In this document: positions 26,541-38,996 of the stretch, piece after piece
Layout: every line of letters starts with the position of its first letter
Position numbering within the stretch: the stretch's first letter is position 1
Source of the DNA: Podarcis pityusensis
Lineage: Eukaryota
DNA length: 64,000 bases
Direction: 5' to 3' (one strand)
NCBI GenBank assembly: GCA_964106645.2
Contig: OZ067047.1
Made by a program: the position numbers and the translations under genes
Notes under the pieces: generated by a model
What the model was told of the DNA's origin: nothing
Database searches by the model: none
Seen by the model: the letters and a program-made list of their open reading frames with translations, nothing else

Positions 26541-26892
26541 TGTAAAGGACCCCTGACCATTATTAGGTCCAGTCGTGACTGACTCTGGGGTTGCGGCGCT
26601 CATCTTGCTTTATTGGACGAGGGAGCCGGCGTACAGCTTCCGGGTCATGTGGCCAGCATGACTAAACTGCTTCTGGTGAACCAGAGCAGCACACAGAAAC
26701 GCCGTTTACCTTCCCGCTGGAGCGGTACCTATTTATCTACTTGCACTTTTTACGTGCTTTCGAACTGCTAGGTTGGCAGGAGCAGGGACCGAGCAATGGG
26801 AGCTCACCCCATCGCGGGGATTCGAACTGCCAACCTTCTGATCGGCAAGTCCTAGGCTCTGTGGTTTAACCCACAGTGCCACCCATGTCCCT
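26541..26892 (-). mobile_element. Sauria SINE nested in a Penelope fragment
   Basis: Flanked by the duplicated CAGTAGCACCTT of the host element. Confidence 0.92.
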
Positions 26893-26929
26893 ACAGTAGC
26901 ACCTTAGAGACCAACTAAGTTTGTTCTGT

Positions 26930-26967
26930 GTACAAGCTTTCGTGTGCATGCACACTTCTTCAGATAC
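26930..26967 (-). ncRNA. Minimal type I hammerhead ribozyme motif
   Basis: GUAU-CUGAAGA-A-GUGUG CAUG CACAC-GAAA-GC-UU-GUAC: catalytic core boxes present, stems I and II pair. Confidence 0.65.
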
Positions 26968-28064
26968 CTTTGCCAACATTGTTATCCAGTATTTTCCCCA
27001 AACTTGGTCATGGATGCACTCCATTCGAACTGCACATTTGAAGTGTGTTGAACAGCTAAGAAGAAAATGGAAATGTACTGTAAATACAGGGCAGATATGC
27101 TATACTGGAAACTGAAGCAGCTGGCTAAATACGCCTACAAGTCTTACAGTGAATTTACCTTTTCTGATAAAATCAAACATGTCAGTTTCATGCTGCAAGG
27201 GGTAACTACTTGGCAAGTGATGAAAATAAAAAGCAGGCATTTATTAAGGAGCATGGAGCTGGCACAGCAAAAAAAAAAAGTGGATTTACAGTACTGCCTC
27301 TCCACCTTCTGCTGTGTCAGGTGCAAGTGTCAGGGCTGTGGATGTGATGGCTGGAACAAAACCGCTCACTGCTCCTCAGGCACAATATGGTTGTTCTCTT
27401 AGGTGGTACTTCTGTGCATGCCTCTGGGAGGAAATACAACTGGTCACACTAGGAAATGTCACAGATCTGCTACTATCTTTATAATTTTATATAGCCTCAC
27501 TGTTTACATTTCGCCGTGTGCGTGTGCACGCATATAACACTTGTCAAATGGATAAATTGAGTTCTAGACCAGAAATACGTCCACCACAATAATCCATTCA
27601 CCCTGAAGGTGCCACAAAACCCTTTGCTGCCATTACTACTACAGACTGATACAACTACAGTACTGTACCCTTCTGGAATATATTAACTAATAGCCACTCT
27701 CTGTGTTTCAACATGCAGCACATGTTCTAAAAAGAGGAAGGAAACTCTTAGATGTGGAGGCTTTTAATTGTTTTGAGTGCAGATGGTTTGGATCAGACCA
27801 AATCAACAAAGCTCAAGGTCAATGCCTGTAGCTTGAGAAGCATGTAAGTTAAGCTTGTTTATACTCTCTTCTGGGCTATCCTTTTCACCCATATATTACT
27901 CCATTAACTTTGCAGAGGCTTGTCACAATCACAGCAGGTAGAACGCAAACTGTGCACTGCCAAAGCTACTTTGTTTTGAACTTCTGCTTCAGGATCTCTT
28001 CTGCTCCTTACCATACAGTTGAAATAACCAAATTTAATGTCCGTGGGCCACATTCAGTTACCCT

Positions 28065-28452
28065 GGGACACGGGTGGCGCTGTGGTCTAAACCACTGAGC
28101 CTCTTGGGCTTGCCAATCAGAAGGTTGCCGGTTCAAATCCCTACGACGGAGTGAGCTCCCATTGCGCTGTCCCAGCTTCTGCCAACCTAGCAGTTCGAAA
28201 GCACGCCAGTACAAATAGATAAATAGGTACCACTGTGGCAGGAAGGTAAACAGCGTTTCTGTGCGCTCTGGCTTCTGTCACAGTGTCCCGTTGCACCAGA
28301 AGCGGTTTAGTCATGCTGGCCACATGACCCGGAAAGCTGTCTGTGGACAAACACCGGCTCCCTTGGCCTGAAAGCAAGATGAGCGCTGCACCCCATAGTC
28401 GCCTTTGACTGGACTTAACCGTCCAGGGGTCCTTTACCTTTTACCTTTTACC
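28065..28452 (+). mobile_element. Sauria SINE (longer subfamily)
   Basis: Shares diagnostic segments with the copy at 51433-51813; repeated ACCTTTT tail. Confidence 0.9.
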
Positions 28453-29874
28453 TTACCCAGGTGCACTTGTGGAAGCCAGAACAAAAACTCACACTAGTGT
28501 AATGGGGCTTCCCCCCTCTTTCCACCCCAATGCCTCCCCCAAATCAGCTTTGGAAAACCCCCAGAACAGCAGGGAAGGAGAGGGGAGATGGTTCTATCTG
28601 TCAAGTGGAAATACTTGCACTGACAGAACAATCTGAGTGTTGGACCAGGTCCTGCGAGAGCGGGGTTCAAATCCCCACTCAGCCAGTTGGGCCAGTCACC
28701 ATCTCTAAGACTAACCTACCTCACAGGGGTGTTGTGAGGATGAAACAGAGAGAACCAGGTATACCACCTTGAGATCCTTGGAAGATAAAGGCAGGATATA
28801 AATGTATTAAATAATAAAATTAAAATGATGTTGGATTCCACCCTATCTCCTGGTATTCCACTCAATATCCAAAGTGAGCTTGGCTAGGCTAACAATATGT
28901 TTAGCACTAGGTGTAGCTAGTCAGCTAGATGTTGTTGGTTTAGTCTAGGATTGCCACCTGACAGCCTGATACATAATACTGAAATGTGCTCTAAACTTCC
29001 AGGGGCAGTGAAAAGTCCTAGGTCCATACTGAATTTCCCGTGAAGTGGGGAGAGGACTTTTTACTGTCCCTAAAATTTAGGAGTCTGGATGGAGAACCAC
29101 CTGGGAGACTTGTGCTACCTTAAGTTCCAACACAGAAGAAAGTCAAGGAGGGAAGTATTTGACATTATACCTATATTTTTGATGAATAATCCCCCTGAAA
29201 GGCATGTGAAAAGTGACACATCTAGTTGCCTGGAAATTCCCTTAAGCAGCTGTGTCAAATGTTTGACATGCAATATTAAGCCAAGTAAGGGTTCAACTGC
29301 CTGAAGCCCTTAGCTTTGATTAAAGATCTTGCTTATAGTGGTTTCTGTTGGTTAAGAGGGAAGTTGTCGCTACAAGCAGGTTTGTGTATTCACCTCCAGA
29401 GTTAATTCTACCTCTTATTTAGCTCAGTGTAATTATGACACGGGATGCTGATCCTAAAACTCTTTCAGCAGCTGCCTTACCCGAGAGCTTCTCGTAATTA
29501 TATCACAAACCAAAGTGCAAGAGCGAAGTCACATACAGAATAATCACGGTGATAACTGCATAAATAACAAAGGAAAGCATTGTCAATGTTGTGTATTTGA
29601 TGCCTTCGACTATAGGCTTAGAGTAAGACATGCCACATCTTTTGTTTTTTTAAAATCTGAAGTCTGGACATGGTGTTCTGCAAAACTAAGTGCTGAATCG
29701 CACTGCATAACAGACAATCACAGCACCTGTGACTCTCTGGCACACGTCCACTGTGTTTCCTCACATATATAGAGAGTTGCTTCACACATTTACACTTTAT
29801 GGCACAGGAAGGGAACCTGTGTCTCGTCATATGTTGTTGGGCTACAATTCTGATCATCACCTGACTACCGCCTG

Positions 29875-30008
29875 TGCTGGTTAGCACAGTTGGTTAGAGC
29901 ATGGTGCTGATAACACCAAGGTTGCAGGTTCAATCCTTGTATGGGACACCTGCATATTCCTGCATTGCAGGGGGCTGGACTCGATGATCCCTCAGGGTCC
30001 CTTCCAAC
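29875..30008 (+). mobile_element. tRNA-Ile-derived SINE with CR1-like 3' part (Squam2-like)
   Basis: Head resembles tRNA-Ile (A and B boxes), followed by gggtcccttccaac typical of CR1 3' ends; a degraded minus-strand copy lies at about 1460-1572. Confidence 0.75.
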
Positions 30009-31234
30009 ATTTATTATATATACTATACATCTAGAGCAGTACCATACCACTTTAAATATCTGCGTTTCCCCCCAATGAATCCTGGGAACGGTGGTTTGTT
30101 AAGGAGCTGCGGATCTCCTAAAAATTCACAGCACACAATCTACAGCTTCCAGGATGCTCTGGGGGAAGCCCTAGCTGTGACATGACACTGCTTTAAATAT
30201 ATAATGCAGATGGGGCCAATGTCAAGAGGACCACAGCTTTCCCAAGCCTACTCTATGTGGCTCAATGCATGTTGCTCACACAGCAAGCACATCTATCATA
30301 CAAACTATGAAATAATCTCCAACATGGAACAGCCATACAAAGGTCCGAGGAGATTCTGTCATCGCAGCACATTTAAGTTTAGTGATGCAAAGCAGTCTGC
30401 AAAGGAATAAATTTCCAAAACAAAATATGAGGGCATTTTCACAAAAAGGGCAATTGGAGAAAGAGTGTCACAGGGAGATAATTGCTGGAAGTAGCAGCTA
30501 TAATGAACATACCAGATCTAATTATAAAGAGCTGTTGCTAAAAACAGTTCCTTTCTTTTGCCAACCTTTGGGATTTGATAAACCCCAAAACGACAGCCAT
30601 CTTGTGGTGGGAAACAATCACTGCCTGCAGAACAGATTTCAGGGACAATGGATCTGTGTATCTGATAGCAACTGGACTGGCCCATAGTCAGAGATCTTGT
30701 GGTGGTAAGTGTTGGGAGCGAGAGGGCTAATAACAGACGTGTAAATCAAATGCTGAAAAACCGAAACCTAAATACAAGTAGCAGTAATGATTAGACCGCA
30801 TTACTATATGAAGTACATTACACATTTTAAAGTAAATGCCTAGTCCTTGAAAAACATTTCAGTGCCATTTGCACTCACCATCCAGAAGTAAGCAGGGTTA
30901 TCAATTACTGAGAAATTAAACATAATACTGCAGCATGCTTTTGCCATATTCCCCCCCCCCCCAGCACCTGCTAAAATCTTTTTTCTTTAGGCAAGGATAC
31001 CCAGACATGTTATTTTATATGTACATTTGTTTTAAAACAGGTGCAAGGGTTAGGAAATATTTAAATATTAAAGCAGAATACTCAGGAAACAGACCTAGAT
31101 TATGATGATAATTAAAAAGCATTTCTTTTAAATATCCCAGAGGGGACCAGGGGCCCCTTCACCCATTTCTCCATAGATAATCCTTGATTTAGAATTATTG
31201 TTACTTGTTTGATTTAAATACAAGAATGCATGTA

Positions 31235-31485
31235 CAGTTGTATCTCAGAAGTTGAACGGAATCCGTTCCGGAAGTCCGTTCGACTTCCAAAACGTTTGGA
31301 AACCAAGGCGCGGCTTCTGATTGGCTGCAGGAAGATCCTGCAGCCAATCAGAAGCCACAGAACCCACGTTGAACATTCGGGTTCCAAAGAACGTTCGCAA
31401 ACCGGAACACTCACTTCCGGGTTTGTGGCACTCAGGAGCCAAAATGTTCAGCTCGCAAGGTGCTCGACTTCTGAGGTACGACTAG
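31235..31485. mobile_element. Tc1/mariner-type MITE (second family)
   Basis: Body shared with the 21225, 55624 and 57235 copies; internal palindrome. Confidence 0.85.
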
Positions 31486-32054
31486 TATTTACTCAGCAGC
31501 AATATTCAGTGGGGCTTACTCTCAGGGAAGTGGACATAGGATTGCAGATTTATCTACATACTGGACGGGACACACGTGGCTGTAGCTGGAGAGATTTTCT
31601 ATCTATTTTTGAAACGCAGTACAGTAGTTAAGATTCTAGCAAGAACTGCAGACGTGTTAAGGGAAATGCAAGTGCAACACAGAGTGGGGAATTATCAGGA
31701 AACGTTCCTTTTGCACAAGCTGCTGTAACCTAACCTATTAGACTCTTTCCATAAAATGCTGACAATGGGATGGGCAGATGCCAACAATTCTTAAGGCCTC
31801 AATGGGGCATGGAAAGCCAAGCTCAACTTTCTCCAAATCGTCCAGGCCAGCTGTCAGCAAACCCATCCTTCTGGGTATGGAAAGGAAAGCAAGATCTGCT
31901 TTCAGAATGCTGGCTGTCAGCATGAGAGGAAAGCATCCATCTCCAAATTCTGGCTACAATAGATGTTTCGCTTAAGAGATGACATTTTTATTACCTATTA
32001 AAGCATTTATATCCTGATTTTCAGTCCAGGGACCCTCATAGCAACTTAAAGATA

Positions 32055-32396
32055 AGGGTAAAGGGACCCCTGACCATTAGGTCCAGTCATGGCCGACTCT
32101 GGGGTTGCGGCGCTCATCTTGCTTTACTGGCCAAGGGAGCCGGTATACAGCTTCCGGATCATGTGGCCAGCATGACTAAGCTGCTTCTGGCGAACCAGAG
32201 CAGCACACAGAAACCTTCCTGCCGGAGTGGTACCTATTTATCTACCTGCACTTTGATGTGCTTTCAAACTGCTAGGTTGGCAGGAGCAGGGACCAAGCAA
32301 CAGGAGCTCACCCCGTCACGGGGATTCAAACCGCCAACCTTCTGATCAGCAAGTCCTAGGCTCTGTGGTTTAACCCACAGCGCCACCCGCATCCCT
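32055..32396 (-). mobile_element. Sauria SINE
   Basis: Similar to the other copies; small internal deletion. Confidence 0.9.
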
Positions 32397-32936
32397 TACA
32401 GACTTACTTATAGCGACTTACTTATTTCTAAATCATCCTAAGCAGTGGGGAAAAGTAGAACTGTATGTCCTTTTGGTTGCAAGAAAGAAGGAATTAACCT
32501 GGGGGGGGGGGGGTAGAAAAAGAGGTTTTCAAAGAGCAACCAAATTTGAGACTGTAAAGTGAAGAAACCAAGTCGTATGAGGCATATGTTTTGGGGTATG
32601 TATGAGGAATATCCAGACCTACTTCAGCACTATCTGTGACAGCTCACATATACAGAGTTTTTTCTCCAACAAGTCAGCCCTAATACCTTAGGCTCCAAAA
32701 ATGTATTGTGAAAGAAAAAGGCATCTTCCCTATTCCCACTCCCTTTCCTTGTATCTAGTGTGGAATGAATGATCAGCACCTGTTACAGTGGGTCAAAAAA
32801 ACCACATTGGCAAACTTTCCCTAACGGGTTCCCAACAGCTGCTAAGCTGACAAGCACAGTATCCAAACAATGACCTCAGCACAGAGCAAAATGTTAATTT
32901 CCCACAAATCATACTTTTCAACAAGCAATATCTATC

Positions 32937-32974
<38 letters not shown>

Positions 32975-33259
32975 ATCTATCATCTATCATCTATCTATTT
33001 TAAGGTGCTCCTACTCATTCCGTGGGTGAAAATAATCTCTTCTATTTATAATACTTGGATAATGCAAAAACATATGAACATTTCAAAATGTGGGTCCCTC
33101 AGCACATGTTCAGACTCCGGTCTTACTCTAAAATAGTTCATAAACACCAAAACCTTCTCAAGAAAACAGTTCTTTAGCATAGCTTCAACACATAAATCCT
33201 TAGAGATTATAAAGGCCCTCCAGAACAGTGGTTTTCTGCAGGCGTATTCTTCAACATAA

Positions 33260-33616
33260 GGGACGCGGCTGGCACTGTGGGTTAAACCACAGAGCCTAGG
33301 ACTTGCCGATCAGAAGGTTGGCAGTTCGAATCCCTGCGATGGAGTGAGCTCCCGTTTCTCGGTCCCTGCTCCTGCCAACCTAGCAGTTTGAAAGCAACGT
33401 CAAAGTGCAAGTAGATAAATAGGTACCGCTCCTGCGGGAAGGTAAACAGTGTTTCCGTGCGCTGCTCTGGTTTGCCAGAAGCGGCTTAGTCATGCTGGCC
33501 ACATGACCCGGAAGCTGTATGCCAGCTCCCTCGGCCAATAAAGCGAGATGAGCACCGCAACCCCAGAGTCGGTCACGACTGGACCTAATGGTCAGGGGTC
33601 CCTCTACCTTTACCTT
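33260..33616 (+). mobile_element. Sauria SINE
   Basis: TSD TATTCT(T/C)CAACAT. Confidence 0.93.
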
Positions 33617-35853
33617 TATTCTCCAACATGTCCTTGACACAATAATAATGCATCAGTTGTGGATTTATACTGGACTGGCCATACATACGTCATTCCATTC
33701 TATTAATTGTTCAATGATGTTTCCCCAACGTTACCTGCATTATTGTGGAACGAAACCTCACTGGAACATTTTTTGTGGTATGAAAGGATTTGGGTTTCAG
33801 CAGGAAGCTAGGGGACATACACCGATTAGAGAAATGAAGCAATTTTCCTACCCCATAACTTTTGCAGGCACAAACAGTACAGAAAACTGGATCGTGATAC
33901 CATCATGAGCACAAATAATCAAGAATGCAAAACGAAAAGGCTCTCTAGAGGTGACCAGAATGGTGTCATCTTGCCTTTCATTGACAGCTGTTTGCTAATG
34001 AAATGCCCAGATTGTGTCCATTCTGAGTGTCCTAGAAAATGCATTTTGTACAATGACGCTTGAGGTCTATCCATGATGGATGATCAGGAAGACACACCAT
34101 TGTTCTTATGCTATGGTAATACCATACTGTCGTGCCATCATTGCAGACAGTGTACAGTCACCTGAGTCCATTCTACAGAGGCACAAAAATTGCACCTGCC
34201 ATGTCAAAACTTCTAACTGACTCTTCTAGGAAACCTGAGCCTTTTTTCAGCAGGGGATGAGCGTGGGTGCCTTTGAAATGTATATTCATGTGAAAGGAGG
34301 ACTTTAGAAGGGTGGGTTTTGCAAGAAGAAGCAGCTGAAGGAGAGAACTATGCAATAAGCTATTTTAAGATGCACCAGGAAAGCTTATAATAGCCAGATA
34401 CATTGTCTATTCATACATAGACCATGTACAGAATATTAATATTATACATCTAAGGCCAAAAAAAGATGGATATCTTCATGGAACATATCATTGGTATTCT
34501 TCAGTTTCAATTACTCAGTGACACTACATATTTTAGCTGCAGTTTCATGCTAAATGATACATAATAAGAATGCATGACAAAAGCGTAAGAAGCTTTTCTT
34601 TAAAAAAAATGCATTAGTAATTCCTTAGTGGCCAGTGTGGCACGTTTTAAGAAGACATTATTATTTGGTAAGTTAATAAGAAAGGCCTTCCATTTGTATG
34701 GCACAATTCACCCTAATTATTTGACAGCATTCCAGCTCTGCCCAAAGCCATGCCCATAAGTTTATTCCCAGCTGTTAATGGCTCTATTGAGTGCATACAA
34801 GCCAGAGCAGGGACAGAAGAGAGAGACGGCTTTCACCCGCCACAGAACAAGGCCAAACCACATGAAATGTAGCATTTGTGCATTGTGCACAGCTCACACC
34901 CTTTAGCATTTTCATGCGGGGGAAACCCCACACGTATTATAAATAAAACCTTTGAATGATGGTAGTGGGAAATTTGGAATGTAAATACAAGCTGAATTTA
35001 TAATGAATTTAGGCAGCATAGCTCTAGGACTGTGCCATGCTTGTCTGGGGACCAATCATAATTCATGCAATATTAGAAGTTCATCTGAACATTTTAGCAC
35101 ATTGATTTGCTTCGGTCTGCGTGACAAAAAATAAAAACAATACACATCCCAGCATAAAACTCAGGAGAATTTGGGGCACCTAATGCTGCTCTAGTGACTG
35201 AAGGGAAGCAACTATGGCTTTTATGAGTAGCCTGGTTGGGAGATCATTAGAAGATCTGCAATATTATATTTTTAATATATTAGAAAGTTGGCCCAGGTTG
35301 GATACAAAATGAAAAAACTGCACAAAGATGAATGGCTCTTGAGTTGAGATGATGTTGCAGTTGAGACAAAATCCGTTTAAAAGTTTTTTTAAAGGATAAC
35401 ATACCTCTTGATTTGGGGAAATACAACATAGTGGTTAAATATTTTGAATTTGGTATTTGAAAGTGTCTTGTGATTGTTGCAAAAAACCAAACCAAACAAC
35501 ACTAACGATTTGTCCTTTGTAGTTAGGTACAACTAGCAGAGTTTGAAAAATCACAAATGTACCTCTACCCTTCTGCGCAGGAAAATCAAACATGACTGGT
35601 AAGTTTCTAGCTTTCTCTTTATCAGCTGGGTCAACTTTTCTCTGTTCTATGGGAAACAGATTGACTTCTTTCTGTGTTATATGTACCTTAAATGTTTTCT
35701 TTAAGGTATTAATGCCCAATTTGTTGACACATGATCATCTGTATTCACCTAAGAACACAACCTCTAAACCGTGGGTCCCTATGACTCCCTTATAGAAGCC
35801 CTGTTTGATTTGAAGGCAGGTGCCCTTTATGATATGAGAATAAAATTCATTAC

Positions 35854-35963
35854 CTGCCCATCATCAGTGTCATATACGGAGCCGCATTCCATCAGTTTTC
35901 CATTCTGCGTATAGTCCAGATGTACCAAGTCTTGACAGTGAGAACGGCATGTGTATTTGCAAT
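35854..35963 (-). CDS. RASSF3: Putative upstream RASSF3 exon encoding the degenerate second half of a C1 domain
   Basis: tttcag|AT TGC AAA TAC ACA TGC CGT ... GGG CAG|gtaatg; (D)CKYTCRSHCQDLVHLDYTQNGKLMECGSVYDTDDGQ resembles RASSF1A CKFTCHYRCRALVCLDC and RASSF5 CKFTCHPECRSLIQLDC; phase 1->0, as in those paralogous exons. Confidence 0.8.
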
Positions 35964-36442
35964 CTGAAACATAAAAGGCATGGCACAATTTAGATAACAT
36001 ATCAGTGCTATTCATGTTGCTTTGAATTCATATAATTGTCAACATTCCTATCCTGAACAGCAGCCTGTGCTCTGATTCTGAAGAGTGAGGGGCAGCCAAT
36101 TATGTTGGACCAGTAACACTAGACACAGAAAAGCCTTAACCAGCCTAGGCCCCAGCATCATAATTAAGCCAGTGCCAAATCCTATTAGATTGGGGACCCT
36201 TTACCCAGAAACCCTTGAATTGGGTTTGCATCCTTAGAGTCCTCATCCCTTGAAGAACCAGCTCTCTTCATGCTATGGACCCACAGCCTCATGTTGTCTG
36301 GTCAGCATAGGTGATAAGTTTGGAGGGAGTAGTCTAAGACGAGGAGGAATGTTAGGCTCCAAGCCAGAGACTTGCCCCTTGAAGGCCTTCTGCTCCTCAA
36401 GGAAGAGGCATAGAACTGGTTCTGGAGGCATAAAAGTATTTA

Positions 36443-36765
36443 CAGTGGTGCCTCGCAAGACGAAATTAATCCGTTCCGCGAGTCTCTTCGTCTTGCGGTT
36501 TTTTCGTCTTGCGAAGCACGGCTATTAGCGGCTTAGCGGCTATTAGTGGCTTAGCGACTATTAACGGCTTAGCGGCTTAGCGGCTATTAATGGCTTAGCG
36601 GTTTTAAGAAAAAGGAAACAAACTCGCAAGAACTCGCAAGACGTTTCGTCTTGCGAAGCAAGCCCATAGGGAAATTCGTCTTGCGGAACGACTCAAAAAA
36701 CGGAAAACTCTTTCGTCTAGCGAGTTTTTCGTCTTGCGAGGCATTCGTCTTGCGGGGCACCACTG
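36443..36765. mobile_element. Tc1/mariner-type MITE with internal minisatellite
   Basis: TIR CAGTGGTGCC(T/C)CGCAAGACGAA; GCGGCTTA / GCGGCTATTA repeats; CpG-rich, so probably young. Confidence 0.85.
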
Positions 36766-38996
36766 AAGTCCAGTCCTAGACTGTGTGGGAGCACTTAGCT
36801 CACTTCGAGCTTTCTATGGTGCTGAAAGGACCAGTCTACCTTACGCCCCATGGTCCTCTTGTTAAGGTCAGGATAGGACAATAATGCAACCTTATGATTA
36901 CAGTTACTGTAGTTTGACAAAAAATTGGGGTCTTTCCAGAGGCTTGTGCCTGTAAATAAATTGTTGTGGTGGACCCAGACGCCATTCTTGCAGGCAATGT
37001 GTCAGTTACCAATATAAGTTTTCTTGTGATCTGAAGTTGCTGGGAGGGAATAGGAACAATAAAGGTAAGCTAGAGGCAGCCTTGAAAGTTTCAAGGCATT
37101 TTATAAGGAAAATACCAAGAGGTTTGAGGCATGGACATTTGGCTCAACGGAAGTGGGCTGTTTTAAATATTATGGCAAGAAGGATATAGACTAGGCCACA
37201 ACCAAATTGAAACTCCCAGTCATGTGGAAACTGAAAATCATGCTGAGGCTGCCCAACCTGAGGAAAAGAAAAGCCCTTTAGGACAGTGACTTTTTGAAGC
37301 AGTAGAAATACACCAGCCTATATGTGTGGCCTTCATTGTTGCCTGGGGCAGAGCAAGATCACAAACACTGTAATGATAGCTGGAGATTGTGAATAACCAT
37401 TGTAAGGCATCCCATTTATTTTGTATTCATTTATTTTTATCATTTGAGCTGACATGTTTTGGGAAGTCAAATTAGAAAGCTGTGATTTGGTTAAACAATA
37501 TGCAAAGACAGGGTGGCTAATCACGTTAGGAAACTAGTGTTGCTATGGCTGTTTTTATTCTCACCATCAATCTCAATCTGAGTATCTTTGAAGTTGTTCA
37601 CATAAGAGGCTAATAATTTCTTCCTTTTAAAGAGCACTGTGCCTTTTGGGGGGGGGGGAATGAGGGGCTGATAATCATATATTGATAAAAGGTCTGTGGG
37701 TGCCAGTACAAAATGGCTGCCATGGGCGGCAAAAATAGCAAAGCCAGTACTCCATATGACTGCTGTCATAAAAAACACCCTAGAAACACAACTTAAAAAA
37801 ACAAAAACCCAACTTGTATAAGTCCAATTTATGCTTTGTGTTTAAAGTTTCAGTAGTTGTCTTCCACTGTGTTTACTGGCAAATTTTCTCTGTCAAATAA
37901 ATTCACACCAGTGATGGAAATCTTAGATACAGGTGGGCTACAAAAATGGCTACGACAGACTGGAAAAGTTCTACCATATGCCTCTGAATCAAATAAGGGC
38001 CAAACCACATGTTACATTAAATTCATTGTGTGGTATTGTTTGCTACTATTTATTTCCATTTTAAATAGCAAGTGGGGAGCAATCAGGGTTGAACTGGGAG
38101 CTACATTAAGAGTCTTTGCAGTCCCAATAACCCCCACCCCACCCTCCGCTGCTGCTTGTCTTGGCAATTGCAGCTGGGCCCTGAGAGTGGGAACAATGCA
38201 CAGTTAGTGATGCAGGTATTCTTCTATCCCCATTCCCATTTGTTAGGAGCTTGAGCAAGTCTACAGTGTTTTTGCCAGGATGAGGAAAGGCAGCAAAGTG
38301 TATTTGATGAAGCTATAAGAAGGCAGAGAGTGAACAAAGTACACATTGCAGGACCTACATTGTATAGGCCTGTACTAGAACCACAGAGACCATAAAGCTG
38401 AGAAAAAGATAGCTGTGTGTGAAAGCCTTTAAAGAATTATTCTTCCCACTCCTAGAGTACTTATCAATCTAATACAAAAATTATTTGCTTCTGAAATCAA
38501 GCTTTGTCCAGTCTTAATTTCTCATTCTTCTTTTCCTGATAACATCTGAAAGATGCTGATCTGGAGAATAGCACTGGCTCATGATGGTGCCACTAAAAAT
38601 TTACCAAATATTTATAAAGGCATTCTGATCAGATTGAAGTCTTCCCTCAGCAATTCAGCTGGCGCTGCACATAACAAATCAGTTCGCTATTTATTTACAG
38701 TATTGGTTTGTTTCTAAAAACACATCTGAAAAATACATGAGAAATAGATACAAAACAATATTTTAAGCTTTCCATTTTCAAACGATGAAGGGCTGCATGA
38801 TAAAACATTACTTTCGATTCTGCCCTAGGGCAAATTAAATTTGTCTTATTTATATATATAAAAAATTAGAATCCAAGGAGAACTAGCATAACGCTTGCAG
38901 CTGAAAAACATACAAATTACTTGCGGTCATGGTAGTTCCTTATATTCTGCCTGCAGCAACAGTGTGATCCTTTCACGGTGTTAAGTTGCCACCTAC

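Larger units (their letters stand above)
26517..26967 (-). mobile_element. Penelope-like element terminal fragment, interrupted by a SINE
   Basis: Same sequence as 16349-16437; flanking TSD TTTG(T/C)CAACATT at 26505-26516 and 26969-26980. Confidence 0.78.

Noticed and set aside
27545-27680. Possible third Penelope end with a hammerhead (plus strand)
   Set aside because: The 3' part resembles a Penelope terminus, but the CUGANGA/GAAA core is not recognisable; too degraded to call a ribozyme.
29875-29950. tRNA-Ile-like sequence
   Set aside because: Stem mismatches, no proper acceptor end, and it runs into a CR1-like tail: a SINE head, not a tRNA gene.
36518-36602. Array of short repeats, superficially CRISPR-like
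   Set aside because: Tandem 8-10 bp units without unique spacers, inside a MITE in a vertebrate genome.
37333-37778. Two abutting minus-strand ORFs between the candidate RASSF3 upstream exons
   Set aside because: No recognisable homology, different frames, and no convincing splice boundaries.
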